A model generated the notes under the pieces. The model did no database searches. It had not been told where the DNA came from and was given only the letters and a program-made list of their open reading frames with translations. DNA of 64,000 nt from Macrostomum hystrix (taxonomy: Eukaryota > Animalia > Platyhelminthes). Within the stretch, counting starts at the first letter, position 1. Every line of letters begins with the position of its first letter. The DNA is taken from contig CATNEN010000039.1 of the NCBI GenBank assembly GCA_950097015.1, positions 6,572,001-6,636,000 on the forward strand, written 5' to 3'. Below, piece after piece: positions 12,005 through 23,128 of this stretch. A program made the translations under genes and the position numbers.

Positions 12005-13318
12005 ATGGCTAAGCTGCCGGACAGTGATCACTATGCGTCACTGATTTGCAGGGTCTGCTTTGGCGAGTTTGAAGACCCTCGAGCTCTGCCGTGCCTGCAC
12101 ACCTTCTGCCTGAAGTGCCTGCTGGGCGTCTTCAATAGCAACAATGGCGCCCTCGCCTGTCCCTGCTGCCGAGAGTCCTGCAGCATCCAGCCGCAGGATC
12201 TTCGGAAGGATTTTCGCATCGCCAGGATGCAGGAGCTCCGACCGCTGATGGATATGGGCCTGGAGGTGCTGGAACAAAAGGCACAAAGTCTACTCAACAG
12301 CCTGCAGTCGACCAGACAGCTGCGACAGGTGAATCGCGAATGCGATGAAAGTCTGCGAGCGCTGCTTCGCGAGCAGTTCGAAATGGACAAGATCTTCGAC
12401 GCCTACCTGGAGCGCTGCCAGACAGTCATCAGGGACCAGCGAGCTGTGGTTCGCAAGTGCGTCCTGGGGAAAGAAAGTTAGAATGAGATTTGATCTACGA
12501 GACTAATGGCTTTTTGTCATGATGTTCTTCTTCTATGCGCTGTCAATTTTGCCACTGTTTGTAAGGAAGTTAATGGAGTATCCTTACCCATCATCAATCT
12601 TTTCTATCCCCCAAGAACCCCTGATTGGCTGGAGTAGCCTCGCCACTCGCCAATATTTTCTACCCCCCCAGAATCCCTGATTGGCTAGAGTTAGAGAAAG
12701 GAAGAGACAGAGTTAGAGATTTGCACCCGCCAGACGCCCTGATTGGCTGGTCGCCAGCTAACGATAGCGAGAATCGATATAAATTGCGAACGATAGTCAT
12801 CATTCTGCCAACTAAAGCAGATACGGGACAGTCCTGAAAAAATCGTGCTCTGACGCATTAGAAAAGCGTCATTGATCTTCTTCATTCATCATGACTGTCA
12901 TTTCTCCACTATATACAATTATTGTGTGAAAATTCATCCTTCAAGAGCCATCGAAGAGAGCCGCTCGGAGCTGCAGGTGCGCCGCCGCTGGGCGATTGAC
13001 TCACTGGAGCTTCGCAGCATCTCTGAGGCGATGCTGCAGTACGTTGGGAACGAAAATCGCCAGCTGATGGTGCAGGACGCGGTGTCCCGGTTCCGCCAGT
13101 GCGCCGCTGAGCCGTTGGTACCGGAGCCTATTCTGTCGCAGCAGCAGCCGACAAGGGAGTCGGTCTGCTCGGAGCTCAGAGCAGCTCTGGCCCAGATCGA
13201 TGTCGCCGATGTGAACGGCGGCTACGCCGAGATGTACCAGCTCAGCATGGAGATTCGCTCCGAGCAGGCGAGCAGCGGCGAGCAGGAGGAGCTGAGCGGC
13301 GACCGGGCCGACTTCTGA
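12005..13318 (+). CDS. C3HC4 RING-finger plus coiled-coil protein (TRIM-like E3 ubiquitin ligase lacking an evident B-box), about 274 aa; model join(12005..12456,12946..13318)
   Basis: RING pattern CRVC-x11-CLH-TF-CLKC..CPCC with TRIM-type 'F.DPR.LPC.HTFC..CL' and downstream 'LRKDF'. A phase-2 intron AA|gtgcgt..tcaag|A joins RAVVRK to AIEESRSEL. ATG context is AAACATGG. Confidence 0.8.
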
Positions 13319-13421
13319 GTTCAAAGTCAGCCCGGATATTCGGCTGCCAGGTTCTTTGGTGAATTAATCACAGTTCAACTCTTAGAGGCACTTCTGTGCC
13401 GATACCCGAATCCAGCGCTTT

Positions 13422-13635
13422 GGGCCGTCATCCCATAGTCCTAAAGTACACTTGGCCTTCATCCCATAGTCCTAAAGTACACATGGCCGTCATCCCATAG
13501 TCCTAAAGTACACATGGCCGTCATCCCATAGTCCTAAAGTACACTTGGCCGTCATCCCACGTTCTTAAAAGTACACTTGGCCTTCATCCCACTGTCTAAA
13601 TAGCGTACACATGGCTGTCATCTACTGTCTTAAAA
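13422..13635. repeat. 31-bp tandem repeat (GGCCGTCATCCCATAGTCCTAAAGTACACTT), about 6-7 copies
   Basis: Direct periodicity just downstream of the RING gene stop codon. Confidence 0.92.
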
Positions 13636-13949
13636 ACTTTTTTTCAATGTTATCTCACTGTCTTCCAGTCCATCTCACATGGACTATCTCACAGTCTATT
13701 CTAATCTCACCTGACCAGTACCCAAATGCAAAAGTGACGAATGTTGTACCAAAAGAAGTTAAGTATTACAACTTTTCTGCAAGCAGCAACAGAAAATTTA
13801 CCCGATGCATTTTTTCATATTTTTAATAAATCCTCTAAAATTCATGATAAAATTTCAATTTTCAATTTTATGTTCTGATATCTTTCTTAACAGCAATATT
13901 GCATTAAGTTTGGTGTGTAAATACATTTAAGAAACTCATATCAAACTGA

Positions 13950-15362
13950 GCTAAGCGCTCCACAGCCTCTGGAGCGGCAAAGCGTCGTAGGCGCTTAATG
14001 GCCCACGGCAAGCCGGCTCCATCGACCGAGGACCGGGCCCAGGCCAGAGGGGCCGAAGGGGCTCTGCCTAGGGCGGGGGCTGGGGCGGGGGGCCTTGCGC
14101 CTCCTGCCCAGGCTCCTGCACGGGGCGGAGCCCACGACGCCCCGAGGCCAGGGTCGCGGGCCAAGGAGGTCCCGGCGCCCATCCGGACGGCGGCTCGGCC
14201 TGAAGGAGAAGCGGAGGCAGAGGGCCCTGTGCCCACCGCCGACGCTGATCCCGAGGGTGGGGTCGCCACCGGACAGGGCCCGGGACCACATGCCACCTAC
14301 GCCGCCATCGCACGTAGGCAACCTGCCGTTGTCATCACCGACAGAGACGGAAAAAGGCTGAGCAGCGAACAGCTCAGCAACATTTGCCGCAACATAGATG
14401 CTATGCTGTGGCAACTTCAACTGAAGGGCGAGCCCCTGGCGTTCGGCGCAAGCGCTACCAGGGAATCGTGCTTCGTCGTCTGGCCCGGCGACGCGGAATC
14501 AGGGCGGCGGCTCCTTGAGTTGCTGCCCACGCAGAGCTGGGCGGCTGGCCTCGACTTCCTCCGGGAGAACGAGCCACCAAAGACCAAGCGACACCGCATT
14601 TTCGTCCCGGCGAAAAGTGTCGTCACCAGCGCTGAGGACCTCCGCATGGGCCTCATCGCGATGAACCGGGAGCTGCCGACAGCGGGCCTGATCGTGCACC
14701 GCACGATCCTGCGCCCCGATGGCACCGGGTTCACCGCCATTCTGGGCCTGTCCGAGCAATGGACACGCCGATACCCAGATGGCGCCAACATCTGCATTGG
14801 TCTGTGGAAGACCAAAATCTTCGCCTTCGAGGCAGATAAAACTCGAGGTCAGACCGGGCCCACCACCGTACCGGCCACTGAAGGGTCCTCGGACCCCGAG
14901 GTTGGGACTGGGGGCAGGGCCCAGTCGTCTCGCCAAAAAAGGCCAGAGCGTGCCATCGCTGGCAGCTCTGAGCGTCGCCCCGCGCGCATCACAAAGCGCC
15001 GGGGCCTTCTCCAGCGGGCCTCCGAGGTGGTGCGAACCGCCAGGATGGCCCAGCTGCGCGCTGAGATGCGCGGTGGCCCACCGGGGCAGGCGCCGCAACC
15101 AAGGGCTACGGGGGAGGCCTCTAAGGTGCCCAGCTCCATCGAGCAGGGCCCTTCGAGCGCCCCTCCCACGGCCCAGGGTGCGGTGTCGGCACCGGTTGAG
15201 GGTGACTCTGGGCCTGGGCTCGGGGCCGGGGGTGGGGACTGGGCGGCTGACCCCGTCGAGTTCCCGCCTCTGGCTCGGGGCCGGGGCACGGAGGAGCCCA
15301 TGGCTACCGACATCGACCCGGAGGAGGAGGACCGCCTTCTGGCTGAGTCCCCCTCCAAGTAG
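13950..15362 (+). CDS. LINE ORF1 (LOA-type, DUF4780-like central domain); frame open upstream of ATG 13998 to the insertion junction
   Basis: The upstream frame reads AKRSTASGAAKRRRRLM. 'TYAAIARRQPAVVITDRDGKRLSSEQL' resembles LOA ORF1 proteins (from recall, not searched). It ends in acidic EEEDRLL. Confidence 0.78.
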   Translation, partial: AKRSTASGAAKRRRRLMAHGKPAPSTEDRAQARGAEGALPRAGAGAGGLAPPAQAPARGGAHDAPRPGSRAKEVPAPIRTAARPEGEAEAEGPVPTADADPEGGVATGQGPGPHATYAAIARRQPAVVITDRDGKRLSSEQLSNICRNIDAMLWQLQLKGEPLAFGASATRESCFVVWPGDAESGRRLLELLPTQSWAAGLDFLRENEPPKTKRHRIFVPAKSVVTSAEDLRMGLIAMNRELPTAGLIVHRTILRPDGTGFTAILGLSEQWTRRYPDGANICIGLWKTKIFAFEADKTRGQTGPTTVPATEGSSDPEVGTGGRAQSSRQKRPERAIAGSSERRPARITKRRGLLQRASEVVRTARMAQLRAEMRGGPPGQAPQPRATGEASKVPSSIEQGPSSAPPTAQGAVSAPVEGDSGPGLGAGGGDWAADPVEFPPLARGRGTEEPMATDIDPEEEDRLLAESPSK

Positions 15363-15374
15363 ACCTCTGTCTGC

Positions 15375-18300
15375 ATGATGATCCCCGGAATATCATGCCT
15401 GCAAGTTAACACCCAGCACTGCGTGGCAGCATCAGTCAATCTGATGCGCACGACAGAGCGCACGATGCCGGGCCTTGTACTTGTGCAGGAGCCCTGGTTA
15501 TCAAAAAACAAGCCAAGTAACATTCCTGCTGGCTATGACTGCTTCTGCATGGCAGACTCTGTCCGCCCTAGATCACTGATCTATGCTGCAAAAGCCTTAA
15601 ATGCGTGGATGAGACCCGATCTCTCTAACGGGGACATCTGCGTCATCCAATCTGCACACATTGTGCCCAACAAGTTGACCCTCGTGGCATCCGCCTACCT
15701 GGCAGGCGACGCCCCCGTGGTCAGCGATACCCTCGTCGCCCTCTGTGATTTCGCCAGGGCACGAAATTTTGAGCTGCTCCTCGCGGGAGATGCAAACTCG
15801 CATCACACCCACTGGGGTAGCTCAAAAATCAATGACCGCGGCGAAGAGCTCCTGGCCTTCGTTAGCGGCACGCCTCTTAACTTCTGCAATGTGGGCAACA
15901 CGCCCACGTTCGACAATGGGCGGTGGGCTGAGGTGCTTGACGTCACCCTGGCCTCACCCGGCATCCTCCCAAGGGTGCTGGGGTGGGAGGTGTGGGAGAC
16001 CGAAAGCTCGCTCTCGGACCACCGCTTCATTCGCTTCAACATCGGTACCCCCGATAAGAAGCAAAAGCCTATTTGGAGGCGTAATGTCAGAAACACCGAC
16101 TGGCCCGTGTTCAGCCAAAAGCTGCATGAGGGCCTTCGGGATTCCGACCCCTCCATGGCCATGGCAACCACGCAGGACCTAGATGGAGTGGCTGCCCTGC
16201 TGGGCGGCGCCATCACAGAGGCCTACGAAATGGCTTGCCCGCTCAAAGCCTACAAAGGCAAAAAATCGGCCCCCTGGTGGAACCCCGAGCTCGGAGTCCT
16301 GAGACGCCGAGCAAAGGCTCTCCAGAGGAGGATGAAAATCTCGCACGACCCTGATGACAAAGAGGCCTATACTCGCGCCATCCATGAGTTTAAGGGCCGG
16401 GTCAGAAGGGCAAAAGCGGACAAGTGGCGACAATACTGCGAAGGGCTTGAGGGCTCGCGGCCCACGGCCCGCGTGGTAAAGGCGCTCACCAACGACCGCT
16501 TCTCCAAGCTCTCATCGATCAAAAAGCCAGACGGCTCGATCACGGAGCGCCCGGAGGAAACGCTCGAGCTTATGCTAGGGCATTTCTTCCCGAGTGTACC
16601 GGCGCACTTTGGCCCAGACGACCACTCACGTGGAGGTCAGGGCCTGGCTCAGTCACTCGTCACGAATGACCGCATCGTTCGCGCGGCAAAGTCATTCAAC
16701 CCTTTCAAAGCACCTGGGCCAGATGGTATTTATCCGGCCTTTTTGCATGAAGCGGTCAAAAATGGCCGCTTCCTCCATCTCCTCTGCAGACTTCTACGGG
16801 CCTGCATCGTGCTGGGCTATGTACCAGCGCTGTGGCACGAAGCCCGGGTCGTCTTCATCCCGAAGCCCGCCAAAGGCGACTATCGCTCGGTCAAGTCCTA
16901 TCGCCCGATAAGTTTGACTTCCACCTGCCTCAAGCTCATGGAAAGACTGGTGCTTTGGCGCCTTCTTACTGTAGAGCTAGGGCGGGCCCCGCTCTCCCCA
17001 AACCAGCACGCCTTTCGGGCGGGCCGGTCCACGGAGAGCGCCCTCCACTGCATCGTGGAGACTCTCGAGAAGGCAGTGCTGGGCAGCGGTTTTGCCCTGG
17101 CTGTCTTCCTAGACATTGAGGGGGCCTTCGATAACGTTGTTTTCGAAGCTTTTGAGGAGGCCCTGGTCTCCAGGGCCACTCACCCCCACCTCGTTCGCTG
17201 GGTCATGTACATGATCCGGCATCGCCACGTGGTGGCCCACCTCGAAGGAAGGCTGCTCTCGGCACCTGTCCTAAAAGGAGGGCCCCAAGGCGGCGTCCTC
17301 ACCCCACTGCTGTGGAATCTCGTCATGGATGAGCTGCTGAAAAGCACTCGTCCTGACCCAGTCCTGAAGGTGGGATATGCCGACGATGTGACCGCCATCT
17401 GCGCGGGCCCCTCGGCGGAAACCACCAGAGACCTCATCCAGGGCTTTATCAACAGGGCGGTGCGCTGGGCGGACCAATACGGGCTCCGACTCTCTGAGTC
17501 CAAGACCGTTGCGGTTATGTTTACCAGCAAACTGCTCTGGACCATTAAGCCTCTGACTCTCTATGGCAAGAATATTGCCATGGAAAAGCAGGTCCGGTGC
17601 CTTGGTCTCGTGCTAGACCATAGGCTTAACTGGACCCCACACATCACCACAAAGGCCAAGAGGGCCCTGGCCATACTGGCGCAAGTCAGGCGTGCCGTGG
17701 GCACCACTTGGGGGCTAACCCCCAAGAACCTTTGGTGGATTTACACGGCGATCATTAGACCGTCCGTCGCTTACGCTGGCCTCATCTGGGCCAGCGCCAT
17801 GGGCATCCAGAAAAACCTGGAGGCGCTTTATAGGGTGCAGGGCAGAGCCTGTCGTATGACGCTGGGCGCCCCACCCTCCACTCCCTTCGAAGGCATGAAT
17901 GCCTTCCTCAACGCTACACCCATTGACCCATTATCAAAGGGGAAGCGGCCAAGTCCACCCGGCGTCTTCTAGATGCGGGGATCTCCTTCCAGAACGTGCG
18001 AGCCTTCCCGAAGCGCTTCCTTCTGCCTCACTCTGACCTTTGCCTGAAAACTCTGGGCGAGTGTGGAGGGCTCACCATCCTTTCGGACGGGGCCCCGGCC
18101 ACTTTACTCCGGAGCCACAGGTACAAAGTCAGCATCTCCCCTCGTAATGAGGTAAAGGACTGCTGGGATGACCCGGCAGTCCACTGTTACACTGACGGCT
18201 CTCTGATGAACGGTAAATCGGGATTCGGAGTGTGCGTCGCCTCGGGTGGTGAGGTCCTCTGGACCCACTCCCAATACTGTGGCAAGAGCTCTAGCGTTTT

Positions 18301-19078
18301 CCAAAACGAAGTGCTCGCCATCAGCTTCTGTGCGGCTGAGCTGCGCCAGAGGCAGCTGGCTGGTCGGAGGATCTTTTTTCACTCCGACAGTCAAGCAGCC
18401 CTCAAGGCCCTCAGCCGCTGCACCTCTCGCTCCAGAACCACCTTGGACTGCAACACCCAGTTAAACGGGTTGGCGCAGTCTAACAAGGTGGAGCTGCTGT
18501 GGATCCCTGGGCATGCCGGGTTCACAGGGAATGAGATGGCGGACCAGCTTGCTAAGGCTGGAGCAGCCAGCTCCCTGATGGGCCCGGGCCCGGAATCCCC
18601 GATCCCCATCTCAGTTGTCAACTCCAGCATCAACTGCTGGATGGAGACCCAGCACCGGAGGAGGTGGTCCAGCACCCTGAACTGTCGCCAGTCCAGGGCT
18701 GCGGTGCCAACCCCCTCTAGTAACCTGCGTAAGGCCTTACTCAGGCTTAACCGCAGAGACCTAAGAGCAGTCACTATGGCTCTTTCGGGACATGGCTGCT
18801 TCACCAGACACCGCTACCTTCAAGGCCACGTGCCTGAGGAAACGTGTCCCTTCTGCTGCTCCGGACGCGAAAATGCAGAGCATTTCATCTGCCACTGCCC
18901 GGCCTTCACCCGGGCCAGGCTAAAACATCTCGGGCCGGCACCGACTCTCGCCGAAGCCTGCTCGCCCGAGAACATCCCACAGCTCGCCCACTTCCTCCGG
19001 GATACCGGCCGAGCTGATTTCTTCCCAGCCTATGGCGAGGAAGATCGCGCGGCGGAATCGACCGACGGACCACCCTGA
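15375..19078 (+). pseudogene. LINE ORF2 (AP endonuclease - reverse transcriptase - RNase H - CCHC), about 1234 aa if one 1-nt frameshift at about 17929 is repaired
   Basis: APE motifs LVQEP, GDANSH, LDVT and SDH; RT motifs KAPGPDG, YRPISL, FLDIEGAFD, PQGGVLTP and YADD; RNase H motifs YTDGS, SDSQAAL, WIPGH and GNEMAD; CPFC-x8-H-x4-C. The frame shifts at ..ATT GAC CC ATT ATC AAA GGG GAA GCG.., and the new frame is open through to 17996-19078. Confidence 0.93.
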
Positions 19079-19808
19079 GCGGCACCGCCTCGCTGGAGGC
19101 TGTCTGGCTGCCAGGGGTTAGCGATATGGGCGGCATCTGCCGCCTCCTCGCTGCGTCCGTCATGGAGGCTCCCTGCCGCTAAGTCAAGTAAGTCATATCA
19201 AACTCTTTTGTCCATGGCAACTTAAAATCTGCCATCAAATCGAAACGGAAAATCTACCTGCTACAATTCAGCAGCCAATTAAGCGTTCCGCGGTGCCATC
19301 AATATAAGATGCACTGCCTAGGTAGGTTACACTGCCATAATAATCCTGAAAGAATAGGCTTAGAAATTCGCTTCCTAGCAATCAACACTTGCAAGGGCCA
19401 TGAATTGCATCTTGAGCTGGCAATTCTTAGTCCTGGCTGCTTCTATGGCACTGCTCACACCTGAGGTTACTGCCAGTCCTGGCTGCGTCTCTGTCTCGAG
19501 TGAGTCGATAGCACTCTTTGTTTAAACTCGCGCATCTCATTGAGGCATTGCACATTAGCTTAATTAATGGCAGTTGAGAATGCACTCAGGTACTCATATG
19601 TCTTTCAAATAATGAGAGACAGCATGTTTCCAAGGAACTCAAGTTGGATACTTCATATATCATGTGTAAGTAGTGCATAATAATCAATTAAATTATAAGT
19701 ACAGCTTGAATTCCTTCCTCCACCATCCTACTATACTAAATGTCTAAGATCTGTCTGTCCATCTGAAACGCTCTAGCGAATGAATGGCTAGACCAATTTT
19801 TTTCCTGT

Positions 19809-22800
19809 TTTCACCAAAAAGTGCCAACTCATCCAAGGATTAGACTGATCAAATTTCATCATTCTGTCTCAATGCCAAGGGTATTAAATATTCGAAAAAC
19901 GAGTTTTTCTATTGCTTTCAATAGGAGGCCAAACAAGGTTAAATTAGAATAGGGCTGGACACTGTCAGTTTTATTAGATTGCATCGGTGCTTTTTCTCGC
20001 CCGCGCGTGCATTGGTATAGCACTGAACAGGGCCCGATACTTCTCAATTGAATAGAATTGCGTCACTGCTTTTCGACCCGTACGTGCGTTAAAAAATTTT
20101 TCTCTTGGCTGATTGGGTGATTTGATTTGAATAAGTAAAACGTACATAGCAGATTTCAATGAGGGAAAGGGAGTTTGTTGGCTCACTTGGCAATGTGCAA
20201 AGGCATGTGTACCCCTGGCATCAGTCTACCGTCTGATTTGTAAGTGAATTGCGTTATTGCTGTCCAACAGGCCCACTGCCTCAGCACTCTCCTGTTCTCC
20301 TGTGTGTACATTTCTACTTTCTATCCCTGCCGGGTGTCAATGGGTGATTGTGTCATCCGACTGCGTCAGTCAGTTAATATATAACTGACTACTGTATCTT
20401 CAGCGAAATGTTTTCACTCCACTCCTCAAAGCTCTTAATCACTCAATCCTGCAATAATTTCTAAGATAGGTTACTGTTATTGTTATTATTTTTATTTATA
20501 CTGTTCATTATTGTTAATAATATTTGTACGCACTCGTGCTCTTATCTACTCGTATCTTAAAGTACAATCCATCCATATTCAGTCAGTCAGTCAGTCAGTC
20601 AGTCAGTCAGTCAGTTGTTACAATGGCAAAGCGTGGTGCCAAAAGTGCATTGCAGAAGAGTCGCGAGGCAAAGCGACGTCGTCGAGAAGAGACCGCTGAG
20701 TCCCGAGAGCAGCGCCTGCAGAAGGACAAAGAGCGGTTGGCTCGGCGCAGGACTGGTGAATCACCAGAAGAAAGGAACGCTCGTCTGCAGGCCGACAAAG
20801 AGCGTTCGGAGCTGCGCAGGTCTGCCGAGACAGAAGCCGAGCGAGTTGCCCGCCTGCAGGCCGACAAAGAGCGCTCGGAGCTGCGCAGGTCTGCTGAGAC
20901 GGAAGCCGAGCGAGTTGCCCGCCTGCAGGCCGACAAAGAGCGCTCGAGTCAGCGAAGGGCTGAAGAATCTGAATCGCAGCGAGACGATCGACTAAGCTCG
21001 AATCTCTCGTACTATCGGACATCACTTGAGCCGGAGCAAAGCTTCAGGTAGGACGATGAAATTGGTTTTGAATTAGAAACTTTTGAGATTGAGATTGAGA
21101 TTTAGAAATTTAATTAACTTAAGAGCTCGCCATTTATGGTTTTTTATCTCCAGATTGAAATCCCCCCAAGGGCTTCATGGGTACATGGTAGATCCGTAAC
21201 TTTGAACATATCTGCTGCTCATTTATGAAGGTTTCAGAACTTTAATGCATCGGAAAGGTTTACGGGACGCACACATAACAAGCGCACGATTTTAAGAGGG
21301 AGAGTTTAAACTGTTGCTGAGTATACGAGCGTATATGCAGATTATATTTGTTAAGTGCTTTCAGTATTTTTTGTTTCAGAATAGTTGACGTGCAATATTT
21401 TTTCAGTCAACGATTTTTCTGCACAAATATTTCGTTAGTTTTTTTAGTAAAATTGTCATAAGCAAGGATTTCACCAAAAAGTGCCAACTCATCCAAGGAT
21501 TAGACTGATCAAATTTCATCATTCTGTCTCAATGCCAAGGGTATTAAATATTCGAAAAACGAGTTTTTCTATTGCTTTCAATAGGAGGCCAAACAAGGTT
21601 AAATTAGAATAGGGCTGGACACTGTCAGTTTTATTAGATTGCATCGGTGCTTTTTCTCGCCCGCGCGTGCATTGGTATAGCACTGAACAGGGCCCGATAC
21701 TTCTCAATTGAATAGAATTGCGTCACTGCTTTTCGACCCGTACGTGCGTTAAAAAATTTTTCTCTTGGCTGATTGGGTGATTTGATTTGAATAAGTAAAA
21801 CGTACATAGCAGATTTCAATGAGGGAAAGGGAGTTTGTTGGCTCACTTGGCAATGTGCAAAGGCATGTGTACCCCTGGCATCAGTCTACCGTCTGATTTG
21901 TAAGTGAATTGCGTTATTGCTGTCCAACAGGCCCACTGCCTCAGCACTCTCCTGTTCTCCTGTGTGTACATTTCTACTTTCTATCCCTGCCGGGTGTCAA
22001 TGGGTGATTGTGTCATCCGACTGCGTCAGTCAGTTAATATATAACTGACTACTGTATCTTCAGCGAAATGTTTTCACTCCACTCCTCAAAGCTCTTAATC
22101 ACTCAATCCTGCAATAATTTCTAAGATAGGTTACTGTTATTGTTATTATTTTTATTTATACTGTTCATTATTGTTAATAATATTTGTACGCACTCGTGCT
22201 CTTATCTACTCGTATCTTAAAGTACAATCCATCCATATTCAGTCAGTCAGTCAGTCAGTCAGTCAGTCAGTCAGTTGTTACAATGGCAAAGCGTGGTGCC
22301 AAAAGTGCATTGCAGAAGAGTCGCGAGGCAAAGCGACGTCGTCGAGAAGAGACCGCTGAGTCCCGAGAGCAGCGCCTGCAGAAGGACAAAGAGCGGTTGG
22401 CTCGGCGCAGGACTGGTGAATCACCAGAAGAAAGGAACGCTCGTCTGCAGGCCGACAAAGAGCGTTCGGAGCTGCGCAGGTCTGCCGAGACAGAAGCCGA
22501 GCGAGTTGCCCGCCTGCAGGCCGACAAAGAGCGCTCGGAGCTGCGCAGGTCTGCTGAGACGGAAGCCGAGCGAGTTGCCCGCCTGCAGGCCGACAAAGAG
22601 CGCTCGAGTCAGCGAAGGGCTGAAGAATCTGAATCGCAGCGAGACGATCGACTAAGCTCGAATCTCTCGTACTATCGGACATCACTTGAGCCGGAGCAAA
22701 GCTTCAGGTAGGACGATGAAATTGGTTTTGAATTAGAAACTTTTGAGATTGAGATTGAGATTTAGAAATTTAATTAACTTAAGAGCTCGCCATTTATGGT

Positions 22801-23128
22801 TTTTTATCTCCAGATTGAAATCCCCCCAAGGGCTTCATGGGTACATGGTAGATCCGTAACTTTGAACATATCTGCTGCTCATTTATGAAGGTTTCAGAAC
22901 TTTAATGCATCGGAAAGGTTTACGGGACGCACACATAACAAGCGCACGATTTTAAGAGGGAGAGTTTAAACTGTTGCTGAGTATACGAGCGTATATGCAG
23001 ATTATATTTGTTAAGTGCTTTCAGTATTTTTTGTTTCAGAATAGTTGACGTGCAATATTTTTTCAGTCAACGATTTTTCTGCACAAATATTTCGTTAGTT
23101 TTTTTAGTAAAATTGTCATAAGCAAGGA
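19809..23128. repeat. 1660-bp tandem duplication (19809-21468 / 21469-23128) of the Helitron 5' region and first coding exon
   Basis: ORF sets are identical and offset by 1660; no differences were noticed by eye; TTTCA microhomology occurs at 19809, 21469 and 23129. Confidence 0.95.
20623..21047 (+). CDS. Duplicate copy of RepHel coding exon 1 (STPR-like 23-aa repeats)
   Basis: Identical to 22283-22707, including the ATG and the AG|gtagg donor. Confidence 0.7.

Larger units (their letters stand above)
13948..19192 (+). mobile_element. Non-LTR retrotransposon (I-group, most like LOA clade), 5'-truncated, 12-bp TSD
   Basis: TSD TCATATCAAACT at 13936-13947 and 19193-19204; a sharp GC-content change at both ends; ORF1 plus ORF2 with APE, RT, RNase H and CCHC; a short tail CTAAGTCAAGTAAG. 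Confidence 0.95.

Noticed and set aside
12457-12945. RING gene as two separate single-exon ORFs (12005-12481 and 12872-13318)
   Set aside because: A GT-AG phase-2 intron joins them cleanly, and the intervening sequence is AT-richer and contains short degenerate CCCTGATTGGCT repeats.
17996-19078. Stand-alone RNase H gene or programmed frameshift
   Set aside because: The frame is open back to 17930 and joins ORF2 with one added base. No canonical slippery heptamer was seen at the site, so a 1-nt deletion or sequencing error is simpler.
13904-19163. Overlapping antisense and alternative-frame ORFs in the LINE
   Set aside because: These are expected shadows of GC-rich coding sequence and have no recognisable motifs.
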